Positions 9,409 through 16,530 of a stretch of 27,419 nucleotides of DNA are shown here, in pieces; positions within the stretch are counted from its first letter, which is position 1; each line of letters opens with the position of its first letter. The DNA lies in IMG/VR virus record IMGVR_UViG_3300034354_000147, positions 1 to 27,419 of that record; one strand, given 5' to 3'. The notes below the pieces were generated by a model that was given only the letters and a program-made list of their open reading frames with translations, was not told the origin of the DNA and did not search any database. The translations under genes and the position numbers were made by a program. Source of the DNA: a virus (Duplodnaviria > Caudoviricetes).

Positions 9409-9837
9409 TTAGAAGATTCCCTGCAGCTGCAGAATGATGGTGGTGAAGTCCTCCAGCTGCCCGCGCAGCGATGTCGCCACGCCCGGGCCTATCTCGCCAT
9501 CGGCGAGCTTGTCCTCGACGCCGCGCGCCGCCCACGGCTGCAGCCCCAGCTCCCACGGCACTCCGCGCAGCCCCGCAAGGTCGCGCTGCTCGAGCGCATC
9601 CTCGAACCGGTCGCCCTCGGCGCGCAGTGCGCCGGCGGCGGCAGTGGTTAGGTCGCCATCCGCAACGCCGTCCGCGAGCCCGCGGTCAAAGTCCTCCTCG
9701 ACGGCTGGCCAGGTCAGCGCAGCCGGCGGGAACAGCACCTGCGGCTTGACCTTCGCTGAAACGCAGGACGGCAGCAACAGCAACAGGGCAGCGATAGCGG
9801 CCGCCTGAAAGAGAACGAACCTGGCGACGGTTCTCAT
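9409..9837 (-). CDS. Putative lipoprotein (142 aa), possibly a spanin-like lysis accessory
   Basis: ATG 9837 overlaps the upstream stop (ATGA). MRTVARFVLFQAAAIAALLLLLPS-C has a positive N-terminus, a hydrophobic core and a lipobox-like Cys. Confidence 0.65.
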   Translation of the reverse strand: MRTVARFVLFQAAAIAALLLLLPSCVSAKVKPQVLFPPAALTWPAVEEDFDRGLADGVADGDLTTAAAGALRAEGDRFEDALEQRDLAGLRGVPWELGLQPWAARGVEDKLADGEIGPGVATSLRGQLEDFTTIILQLQGIF

Positions 9838-10085
9838 GGAGCGGGCTCCGGTGGTTGTGGTTTTGGGACTGGCTGGGGCAGGTCCTTCGGCGCGGTGCCG
9901 CCCTCGTCCGAGACGTCGTCGTCGCGCGTGTGCATGCCGATGTAGACCAGCGCCAGCCCGGCGATGGTGGTCAGCGAGGCGCGAAGAATCGAAATCAGGT
10001 CGTCGACGCCGATCCACGCTGACGTCACAAGACCGATACCGGCGGCTGTTCCGCCGTAGAAGGTCTTGTTGGACTGCCTGGCCAT
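9834..10085 (-). CDS. Holin-like small membrane protein (83 aa, two hydrophobic segments)
   Basis: MARQSNKTFYGGTAAGIGLVTSAWIG...LTTIAGLALVYIGMHTRDDDVSDE followed by a Pro-rich tail. Start reassigned to ATG 10085. Confidence 0.55.
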   Translation of the reverse strand: MARQSNKTFYGGTAAGIGLVTSAWIGVDDLISILRASLTTIAGLALVYIGMHTRDDDVSDEGGTAPKDLPQPVPKPQPPEPAP

Positions 10086-10248
10086 TGGGCCAGCTAGCTG
10101 TACCCGCAGCGCAGGCGCCAGGCAAGCGTCTACAGCAGCGGGTGGCTGCGGTAGCCGATCCGCCCGCCCGCGAGAACGCGGTGGGCGTAGGCCAGGATGG
10201 CGGCCTGGGCGGCGGCGCGCGGGATGCGCAGGGCAAGGGCGGGCAGCA

Positions 10249-10503
10249 CTAGAGGCCCTCCTCGTCTTCGATGGCCATCGCATCAGCCATCAGGTCAGCA
10301 TGCACCTGTTCCAGCGGGCGGCCAGTCAGCCGTGCCAGGTCGCGCTCATGGCGCCACCAGGCAGCCGCACGGGCGTTGTCCAGTCCGCCGGCTCGCCAGG
10401 CGGCCAGGCCGTGGGCCAGGAATTCGCGCAGCAGGCCAGCGTCCAGCTGGAGCTCGCCATTGCGGAGGGTCAGGCAATCCGTGTAGCGGAGGGCGTGCTT
10501 CAT
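10249..10503 (-). CDS. Hypothetical protein (84 aa)
   Basis: Co-oriented, codon usage typical of the region, acidic C-terminus. Confidence 0.65.
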   Translation of the reverse strand: MKHALRYTDCLTLRNGELQLDAGLLREFLAHGLAAWRAGGLDNARAAAWWRHERDLARLTGRPLEQVHADLMADAMAIEDEEGL

Positions 10504-10557
10504 GCCGTTCTCTTCGGATCGGCTGCAGGGCAGGCCGAAGGAAATGCTTTCCTGCCC

Positions 10558-11010
10558 CTAGTTCCAGCGCTTCCGCTTCGACTGCTGGCCAAGGCGCAGC
10601 TTCATCTTGTCCAGCATGGCGACCGTCTCGCCCGTCTGCCGGGCCGCCCAGGCGTCGCTCTCTGCGCTCGTCGCGTCCCACTCCCCATCGACGACGCGCT
10701 GCGCCAGGTCGTTCCTGCCGCGATCTCGCAGCGCGCACACTAGCTCGACCTGCGGCAGCTCCAGCCCGCCCTCGTCGTAGTCGTCGAACCGGCCGAGTCG
10801 CGCCATGCTGGCCAGCACCGGCAGGCCCTCGCGCTCGAGCACGCGCCCCAGGCGCTCCTTCGTCGGAATCGCGGCCAGCCATGCCGCGCGCTCTTCGGCC
10901 GTCATGAGGCTCAGCTTGGCGTGCTCCAGAGCGGTGATGGGCAGCCAGTGCCTGCCGTCGTCGCCGTGCGGCAGCTGCTCGGTCAGTTCGTGCGGGTGCT
11001 CGGTGTTCAT
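10558..11010 (-). CDS. Hypothetical phage protein (150 aa)
   Basis: GC3-rich ORF, contains ARLGRFDDY...LAQRVVDGEWDAT. Confidence 0.7.
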   Translation of the reverse strand: MNTEHPHELTEQLPHGDDGRHWLPITALEHAKLSLMTAEERAAWLAAIPTKERLGRVLEREGLPVLASMARLGRFDDYDEGGLELPQVELVCALRDRGRNDLAQRVVDGEWDATSAESDAWAARQTGETVAMLDKMKLRLGQQSKRKRWN

Positions 11011-11028
11011 GGGGAGGGCGGTGTCCAG

Positions 11029-11307
11029 CTAGGGGTTGACATACTCGCGCGCAGCGTCACCGTCGGGCCGACGACGACCTGTCATTGGGTGACGGAACCA
11101 TCCGAACGGTTCAGGGTTTTTCGCGGGATCCCAGCTCAGCGCAGCCGCGACCGCAGCTGCTGGCGTCTCGAATCACCAGAGGTCGTCAAACGAGCTGCTG
11201 TTCAACGCCCCCACGCCCAGGCGCATCTTTCCATAGCCGATCGGCACCAGCCAGCAACCGCGCCCGTCCGGCAGAATGCGGATCGGTTGCTCAAACACGT
11301 CAAACAT
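11029..11307 (-). CDS. Candidate selenoprotein (92 aa, in-frame TGA at codon 45)
   Basis: GAGGAGG RBS 6 nt before ATG 11307, overlapping the upstream stop. Translation: MFDVFEQPIRILPDGRGCWLVPIGYGKMRLGVGALNSSSFDDLW-[TGA 11173-11175]-FETPAAAVAAALSWDPAKNPEPFGWFRHPMTGRRRPDGDAAREYVNP-TAG. It fills an otherwise empty gap, and a SECIS-like hairpin follows the TGA. Confidence 0.7.
11137..11172 (-). promoter_or_regulatory. Bacterial SECIS-like stem-loop
   Basis: After UGA come 12 nt, then an 8-bp stem GCAGCUGC/GCGGCUGC (11160-11153 with 11148-11141) closing a GGUC loop (11152-11149). The loop starts 20 nt after the UGA. Confidence 0.65.
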
Positions 11308-11650
11308 GCGTGTCCTCCTCGCGCGCTCGTGCAGCTGCACGCACGGCTTGGTTCAACAGCGTCGGCCAGTCGTAGAGGCTGATGTCGTCGATGAAGGTCG
11401 CCAGGCGCAACGAGCCACGTTGCGTCAGCCCGTACTTCCCGAGGTCCCACTCGCTGGGCCACTCCGTCATGATCTTCCACGCGAGCGCCGGAGGCGCTCC
11501 GAGCGCCACCAGCATCAAGTAGGCGTCCGTGCCACGACCAGTCTCGATGCGCTGCGAAAGCAGCGAGCTGAAAGCTGTGAAGCCAGGATTGCAGCGCACG
11601 CGCGCGCGCAGGCCCGGGTTCTTCATCACCGACCAGTTGACGTTGCGCAT
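11300..11650 (-). CDS. Hypothetical protein (116 aa)
   Basis: GGGAG RBS. Its stop overlaps the start of the selenoprotein candidate, suggesting translational coupling. Confidence 0.7.
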   Translation of the reverse strand: MRNVNWSVMKNPGLRARVRCNPGFTAFSSLLSQRIETGRGTDAYLMLVALGAPPALAWKIMTEWPSEWDLGKYGLTQRGSLRLATFIDDISLYDWPTLLNQAVRAAARAREEDTHV

Positions 11651-11664
11651 CAGGCTCCCACCCT

Positions 11665-11705
11665 AACAAGGAGAGCGGCGCGCTATAGGCCGGCGCGCCG
11701 CTCTC
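11665..11705 (-). terminator. 13-bp perfect hairpin, probable terminator or attenuator
   Basis: Arms GAGAGCGGCGCGC (11671-11683) and GCGCGCCGCTCTC (11693-11705), followed by CTTGTT on the minus strand. Confidence 0.5.
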
Positions 11706-11775
11706 GCAGGTCGGCGTCCCTCTCTAGTGCAGGAGGAACACGGGACGCCGGTGCTGCCATGCTACCCGAAGAGGC

Positions 11776-12252
11776 TCAGTCGACCTCTTTCCAGCCGTAG
11801 GCTGGATTTACGATCCAGCCGCTGCTGGTGCTGACGATGTCTCCCTTTTTGAACTTATGCACTTTCGTGTACTTGGCGCCTTCGCGGCCGCCACCGGGAG
11901 GCTGTGGCCCGTCCTCGCCTGGCATGATGGCAGTGCACCCATCGTCAGACTGGCACTGGAAGTCGCCGCTAATGCCGTCGAAGAAGAGTTGGTCGCCCCA
12001 GAACGGCAGCAGGCCAGCCATGGCTGCGTTGTCGATTGCCGCTGCAGCAACGACGTCTCTGTCGTTGCTGGCCAGCTGCGCATTGTCGCCGCGAGCTACC
12101 GAAGCCATGCCCAGCACGGCGCCGAGCATCAGCCACAGCACGGCATGGAATGCGCGTCGCGGAAAGACTAGTCGCCAGGCTGTGCGCTCGCGCTCGCGCT
12201 CGAGCCGCCTGATCAGCGCAGGATCGTCATAGACAGAGCTGTAGTTGTTCAT
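11776..12252 (-). CDS. Hypothetical membrane-anchored or secreted protein (158 aa)
   Basis: AAGGA RBS, hydrophobic segment AVLWLMLGAVLGMASVA, Cys pair in the C-terminal domain. Confidence 0.65.
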   Translation of the reverse strand: MNNYSSVYDDPALIRRLERERERTAWRLVFPRRAFHAVLWLMLGAVLGMASVARGDNAQLASNDRDVVAAAAIDNAAMAGLLPFWGDQLFFDGISGDFQCQSDDGCTAIMPGEDGPQPPGGGREGAKYTKVHKFKKGDIVSTSSGWIVNPAYGWKEVD

Positions 12253-12472
12253 GTCGATTTCCTTGTCTGGTTGGTTCGAACCCAGGAAGCCCCAACCTGC
12301 CCGGCTATGGCGTGGCTAGCAAGCCCCAATGTCGGGACTGGACCGCCATGGCCCGCAATGCCCCGGTCTCAGGCCCAAGAGGGCCTGAAAGCGAACGCGG
12401 GCGCAAGGCCAGCCGCCCCACGCCCGCTCGCCGTCTCCAGGCTGCAGCCCCTAGACCGCAGCCTGGCAGATT

Positions 12473-13825
12473 CTAGCCCTGCTTGTAGCCCTCGGACACC
12501 TTCGCGAGCGCCTGCCCGGTGGGGCCGTAGATCAGAAGGTTGCCGGTGCAGTTGCGGAACTCGACGGGTCGCTTCAGGTCGTAGATGGAAATCCCACGTC
12601 CGTTTTCGCCCGACTTGGCCACGAAATTGACCGTGTCGAAGACCGTCGGCCCGCAGGGCGTCGCCTGGGAAGCGGTAAAGGGCGCAGCGAAGGCCGTGTC
12701 AGCCTCGATGCGCACCGCTTCTTGGATCAGCTCGCCGAAGCTGAACGAGCTGCGGCGGATGGTCGTGCCGTGGTTCCTGCCGATGAGCAGACCGCCGTTC
12801 GAAAGCGGCTGCATGGAGTCGTCGAGTGTGAAGTCCTCGACGAGAACGTGCCCTAAGTGATTCGACCAGGTGTTGTGCTGCTCGTCGGGACCGCGCTGCC
12901 AGGAGAAGAACTTCAGACATTGTGACCGGCGGTCACCTTTGCCGGTCTCGCTCGCGTGGTTGATCGCCAGGCCGCCCTTGAGCCAGATCAGGCCAGCCTC
13001 GCCCATGTCGGCCACGGTCAGGCCATCGCGCTCGCGCGAGCACTGCTGCCACGACTGAGAGGCCGAGTTGAGGAACAGCACGTTCTCGACGTACAGCGCG
13101 ACGCGCAGCCATTCCTCAGTGGTCAGCGTCGCGCCAGCGAGCGCGCGCTGGTACACGGCCGCGTTCTGTTCGCGCGTGAAGCCGTTCGTGACCAGCTCGC
13201 CATAGATGTCGTGCTCGTTGTAGCCGTCTTGGAACGTGACGTTGATCAGCCGGTTGTTCCGACGGGCACGGTGGACGCGCGCGCCCCACTTCTTGACCTT
13301 CTTCACCACGCTGTCGCGCAGCGTGAAGTTGTCGATCGTGTCGTGGCCACCGGAGGCGATGCCGAGTTCGGTCTGCATTCCGGTGTCGCCCAGGCCGTAG
13401 AAGCTGACGACCTTGATGGCGTTGCCAGTTTTCCAGTCAGGAATGATGTCGTAGTGACTCCCGTCCTTCGTTGGCCTGCCAGCTCCCTCGTTGGGGTCGT
13501 AGGTCCAGTCGAGAAGGTCGATGCTGTCTGGACAGCCGAAGTCATTCGGTGACGGAGGGGGCGGCGGCGGCGGCGGGACGTCAGGAATCGTCGAGTACTC
13601 AAGCACGCCGCGCGCAACCATTGCATTGCCCAGCCGCTGGTGGTCGGCGCGCACTTTGTCGTGCATGGTCGCCAGGTACAAATCTGCCTTCTGCTTATCG
13701 GCGATCGGCGTTGTCTCTGGCATTGCCATCCGATCCTGCAGCCCCGTGCCCAGCGCGGCGAGGTGCTTCGTTTCGTTGGCGTGCTCAGTCGCGATAACCA
13801 GGTTGAGCTCGGGAATCGTCGCCAT
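12473..13825 (-). CDS. Putative parallel beta-helix (pectin-lyase-like) protein, possible tailspike/depolymerase, with a poly-Pro linker
   Basis: Helical N-terminus and PPPPPPPPSP linker, then stacked beta-helix-type strands (IDNFTLRDSVV, NNRLINVTFQD, LYVENVLFLN, VLVEDFTLDD, TTIRRSSFSF, VEFRNCTGN). Confidence 0.55.
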   Translation of the reverse strand: MATIPELNLVIATEHANETKHLAALGTGLQDRMAMPETTPIADKQKADLYLATMHDKVRADHQRLGNAMVARGVLEYSTIPDVPPPPPPPPSPNDFGCPDSIDLLDWTYDPNEGAGRPTKDGSHYDIIPDWKTGNAIKVVSFYGLGDTGMQTELGIASGGHDTIDNFTLRDSVVKKVKKWGARVHRARRNNRLINVTFQDGYNEHDIYGELVTNGFTREQNAAVYQRALAGATLTTEEWLRVALYVENVLFLNSASQSWQQCSRERDGLTVADMGEAGLIWLKGGLAINHASETGKGDRRSQCLKFFSWQRGPDEQHNTWSNHLGHVLVEDFTLDDSMQPLSNGGLLIGRNHGTTIRRSSFSFGELIQEAVRIEADTAFAAPFTASQATPCGPTVFDTVNFVAKSGENGRGISIYDLKRPVEFRNCTGNLLIYGPTGQALAKVSEGYKQG

Positions 13826-13909
13826 GGGGTGCCTTCCTCTAGGCCTTCGGAGATTGGGACGCGCGCATCCTCGTCCTGCCCCCGACCCCAGGTCAAGTCC
13901 GCGACACGA

Positions 13910-14290
13910 TCAGCCTGCGCCAGCGATCCGGTCGCGCCGCAGCTGGACGTTCCTGCGCCCCATCTCCTCGAGCCGACCATCGGTCTTGCGCAGCTGCAAC
14001 GCCGAACCCTTGCTGACCACGGCTTTGACTGAGCGCCCGAGCTGACAGGCAATGTCGTGGTTGGGCGTCGTCGGATACAGCTGACGCAGCTTCGCCAGAT
14101 CCTCGTACGTCCATCGTGGCATCTTCCGCGCGCCCGGGAAGTGCCGCTTGTCCTTTGCCAGGGCCAGCTCGGCGGCCTTGGCGGACACGTCTTCCACGCT
14201 GCGCCTGAGCGCGCGAGCCACGCGCGCATCGGTGCGGCTGCCGTAAATGCGCTGCAGCTTCCGCAGCTCGTCCAGGGTCCAGGCGGTCAT
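13910..14290 (-). CDS. Tandem Myb/SANT-like HTH repeat DNA-binding protein (126 aa)
   Basis: Two repeats, WTLDELRKLQRIY...VARALRRSVEDVSAKA and WTYEDLAKLRQLY...IACQLGRSVKAVVSKG. Start at ATG 14290, just downstream of an extended -10 element. Confidence 0.75.
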   Translation of the reverse strand: MTAWTLDELRKLQRIYGSRTDARVARALRRSVEDVSAKAAELALAKDKRHFPGARKMPRWTYEDLAKLRQLYPTTPNHDIACQLGRSVKAVVSKGSALQLRKTDGRLEEMGRRNVQLRRDRIAGAG

Positions 14291-14295
14291 GCCGC

Positions 14296-15039
14296 CTAGT
14301 ATGCCACTTCTTTCGTCAGCTGGCATTGCCGGCGGGCCAGGGGATCGGCTCGGGCCAGATGTCGTACTCCCGCATGTCTCCACCGCGGCGCCGCCCCCCG
14401 CCGATGAACGTAAACCAGTGGGCGTCGCGACGCACGACCTGATGGACGGGCTGGCCCGCGATGTGGTGGCGGATCCAGAACCGGGGCACCTTGCCCTAGC
14501 GCCGAAAGCACCGAGACGGCCACTCGCCTTAGGTAGCTGAGGGGCATGAGGAGTGCCCCGCACGCGTATCCGGCCTGCCACTCCAGCCAGTCGACCTCCG
14601 ATGCCTCAAGCATGCGGTCGCGGTGACAACTCATGCGGTCCCCCGGGGCGACCTTAAACAGGCTGGGTGTCCGAACCATCTGATAGAGGTGTCCATGGAA
14701 GTGGACGTGCCCATATTCGTGCGTAAGTGTAGTTCGATAGCGGTTCTCGAGAGAGTGATTCTCTGCGAGTCTCCTCGAGATCTCGACCCGCGGCTTCGTA
14801 CCAGTGAAGAAGTAGGTAACTCCGTCGACCTCGGGCCCCTCCGCAGAAAGGTCCGCATAGACGTCGAGGTCTTCGACGTCGCGCTCTAGAAGCTTCAACA
14901 AGTCGTCGGTGGCGACGGGAAAGGCAACGTTGCCATGCTGCTGCGACAGAAAGTCACTGATGACCCGTTCGCACTCACTATCGAGCTCGCCTTGCTCGTA
15001 GTAGGGACGTCGCTCAAATCGGCCAGTGTTGTCGCGCAA
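14296..15039 (-). CDS. ImmA/IrrE-family metalloprotease, C-terminally truncated at ~14479 and running on into unrelated phage sequence
   Basis: RYRTTLTHEYGHVHFH (HExxH) and EWQAGYACGALLMP. After GQGAPVL the sequence becomes an Arg/Pro-rich out-of-frame tail. The start is uncertain (TTG 15039). Confidence 0.8.
   Translation of the reverse strand: MRDNTGRFERRPYYEQGELDSECERVISDFLSQQHGNVAFPVATDDLLKLLERDVEDLDVYADLSAEGPEVDGVTYFFTGTKPRVEISRRLAENHSLENRYRTTLTHEYGHVHFHGHLYQMVRTPSLFKVAPGDRMSCHRDRMLEASEVDWLEWQAGYACGALLMPLSYLRRVAVSVLSALGQGAPVLDPPPHRGPARPSGRASRRPLVYVHRRGAAPRWRHAGVRHLARADPLARRQCQLTKEVAY
14298..14326 (-). promoter_or_regulatory. Sigma70-like promoter (ATGCCA-N17-CATACT with extended TG), probably leaderless
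   Basis: Minus strand ATGCCA gctgacgaaagaagTGg CATACT aggcggc ATG. The ATG is 7 nt after the -10 element and there is no SD. Confidence 0.45.
14316..14474 (-). pseudogene. 3' half of a small phage gene split by the 1.33-kb insertion
   Basis: IRHHIAGQPVHQVVRRDAHWFTFIGG...EYDIWPEPIPWPAGNAS* has no start of its own and joins 15809-15874 in frame. Confidence 0.7.
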
Positions 15040-15044
15040 GTATT

Positions 15045-15386
15045 TTATGACCGAGTCTTCCCCTTAGAATCCGCGGCTCTCCTGAAAGCGCGCCATGCAT
15101 TCTTAACGCGTTTTTCGTCAAGGCGAGAGACCCTCTCTCTAACGTCTGCTGGCATCTCTCCAGCAACTGAGCATAGGTACTCGAGATCGACGCCAAGCAC
15201 GATGGCGAGTTGCTTCAACAAAGACTCAGAAGGTGGATTACGACGGTCGTGTTCAAGGTCGTTGAGGTATTGAGGAGAAATCTGCTCGCCATCCTCCTTG
15301 AGGATCTTGGCCGCAAGCTCCTTCTGGCTAAGGTGCGCTCGCTTGCGATGCTCCGCTATAAAGGCGCCGAAGGTCTTCGCAGTCAT
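15045..15386 (-). CDS. XRE-family HTH repressor (ImmR-like)
   Basis: FGAFIAEHRKRAHLSQKELA...ISPQYLNDLEHDRRNPPSE. Adjacent to ImmA. Confidence 0.88.
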   Translation of the reverse strand: MTAKTFGAFIAEHRKRAHLSQKELAAKILKEDGEQISPQYLNDLEHDRRNPPSESLLKQLAIVLGVDLEYLCSVAGEMPADVRERVSRLDEKRVKNAWRAFRRAADSKGKTRS

Positions 15387-15575
15387 TATTGTGGGTCTTC
15401 TCCGTGTACGCAGATCTGCGGAAAAGCGTAACTGTTCCCCCGCAAGCTCGCAAGGAGGTCCGGCCTCAGAGCTGAAACGTGATGGTCATCTCCCAGGCAC
15501 TAGATTGCGCTGCCGCCCGGAAACGCGAAGCTGCATGCCTGCGCAAGTTCAACCTGTGTGAGGAGTCATGGGCCT

Positions 15576-15808
15576 TCATCCCTCATCGGCCGGCTGAGGC
15601 GATCCCAGAGACGTAGTCAGAACTGGAAGGATCGGGAGTCCAGCTACCGCTTCGACCATTCGGTCATCCTGAACCCGAACATAGTGCCTGGCGGTCGTCG
15701 CGTAGCTGGCATGCCCCAGGATCCGCTGGGCGATTGCCTGAGGCACGGCTAGCTCTGCCAGCATCGAGGCCGTGGTGGCCCGCAAGGCATGGAAGTCCAC
15801 ACGCCTGC
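15576..15808 (-). pseudogene. Tyrosine recombinase/integrase C-terminal remnant
   Basis: RRVDFHALRATTASML...AQRILGHASYATTARHY retains HxxR, LGH and the catalytic Tyr. All upstream domains are missing. Confidence 0.8.
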
Positions 15809-15874
15809 CCAGTAGTAGCCGGGCTTCGTCGGCGGCTCGCGGGTCCAGTCCAGGCGCTTGGGCTCAGCGGGCAA
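15809..15874 (-). pseudogene. 5' half of the split small phage gene
   Basis: GGAGG-6nt-TTG start overlapping the RadC stop, translating as MPAEPKRLDWTREPPTKPGYYW. Confidence 0.65.
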
Positions 15875-16526
15875 GGGCAGCCTCCACCAGCGCATCGAGC
15901 ATCAGATCGAAGCGTTCCATCGGGACAGCGCCCGCGTGCGGGATCAGAGCCAGGCGCAGGCGCTCCCGCAGCACGGCCGTGTCGTCCTCAACCTCCAGCC
16001 CGTCCACGAGCGGATCATCGAAGACGGACGTGTTGATGCGAGCGCTCCAGAACTTGTCCGCACCGCAGACGACCAGGGAGTCCAGCAGCGGCACTCCCAG
16101 CAGCGTTCCAGTCGCGCGCAGCCTGCGCGAGATCTCAACGTCCTCGAGGCTGCCCTCAGGGTCGCCACTAGGGTGATTGTGCGCGACGAGGATCGCTGCC
16201 GCCCCCATCCGCAGCGCAGGCCCGAAGACCTCGCGCGGATGCACGAGTGCGGTCGTCAGCGTTCCGCGCGACACCTCGACGTAGCCAGTAACCCGGTGCT
16301 TGCCGTCCAGCAGCAGCACGACGAACACCTCCTGCGGCTCGTGTGCCAGCAGTGGCGCCAGCATGGCCGCGACACGCTCAGGGGTGCGCAGGATCGCACC
16401 AGCCAGAGCCGGTGCCTCACACACGACCTCGACCAGGCGCGACGCGACGCGGCGCACCATCTGGCCAGATTGCTCGGTCGGCTCGTCATCGAGAAAGGCC
16501 TTCGTGTTCTCATCTGCTGTTGTCAT
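15864..16526 (-). CDS. radC: RadC-like JAB/MPN domain protein (UPF0758)
   Basis: QEVFVVLLLD...GTLTTALVHPREVF...LVAHNHPSGDPEGSLED...LGVPLLDSLVV. Start reassigned to ATG 16526 (GGAG RBS). Confidence 0.9.
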   Translation of the reverse strand: MTTADENTKAFLDDEPTEQSGQMVRRVASRLVEVVCEAPALAGAILRTPERVAAMLAPLLAHEPQEVFVVLLLDGKHRVTGYVEVSRGTLTTALVHPREVFGPALRMGAAAILVAHNHPSGDPEGSLEDVEISRRLRATGTLLGVPLLDSLVVCGADKFWSARINTSVFDDPLVDGLEVEDDTAVLRERLRLALIPHAGAVPMERFDLMLDALVEAALAR

Positions 16527-16530
16527 GGTG

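Larger units (their letters stand above)
14475..15812. mobile_element. Foreign lower-GC insert (integrase C-terminus, XRE, truncated ImmA) bounded by CCAG direct repeats
   Basis: CCAG at 14475-14478 and 15809-15812. Removing the insert restores one ORF. Line 15061-15120 is 32/60 GC versus 47/60 for line 16921-16980. Confidence 0.7.

Noticed and set aside
11173-11175. Genome-wide TGA=Trp/Gly recoding as the explanation for the in-frame TGA
   Set aside because: TGA terminates many genes here, including ATGA/GTGA overlaps. Long conserved genes contain no internal TGA and use TGG for Trp.
12266-12345. tRNA-like GGTTCGAACC near GGGGCT and ACCA, considered as a tRNA or tRNA-Sec
   Set aside because: No cloverleaf, acceptor stem or UCA anticodon arm could be built.
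15576-15808. Integrase remnant as the phage's own integrase or a prophage boundary
   Set aside because: Only about 75 C-terminal residues remain, inside an insert that splits a phage gene. Phage genes continue on both sides.
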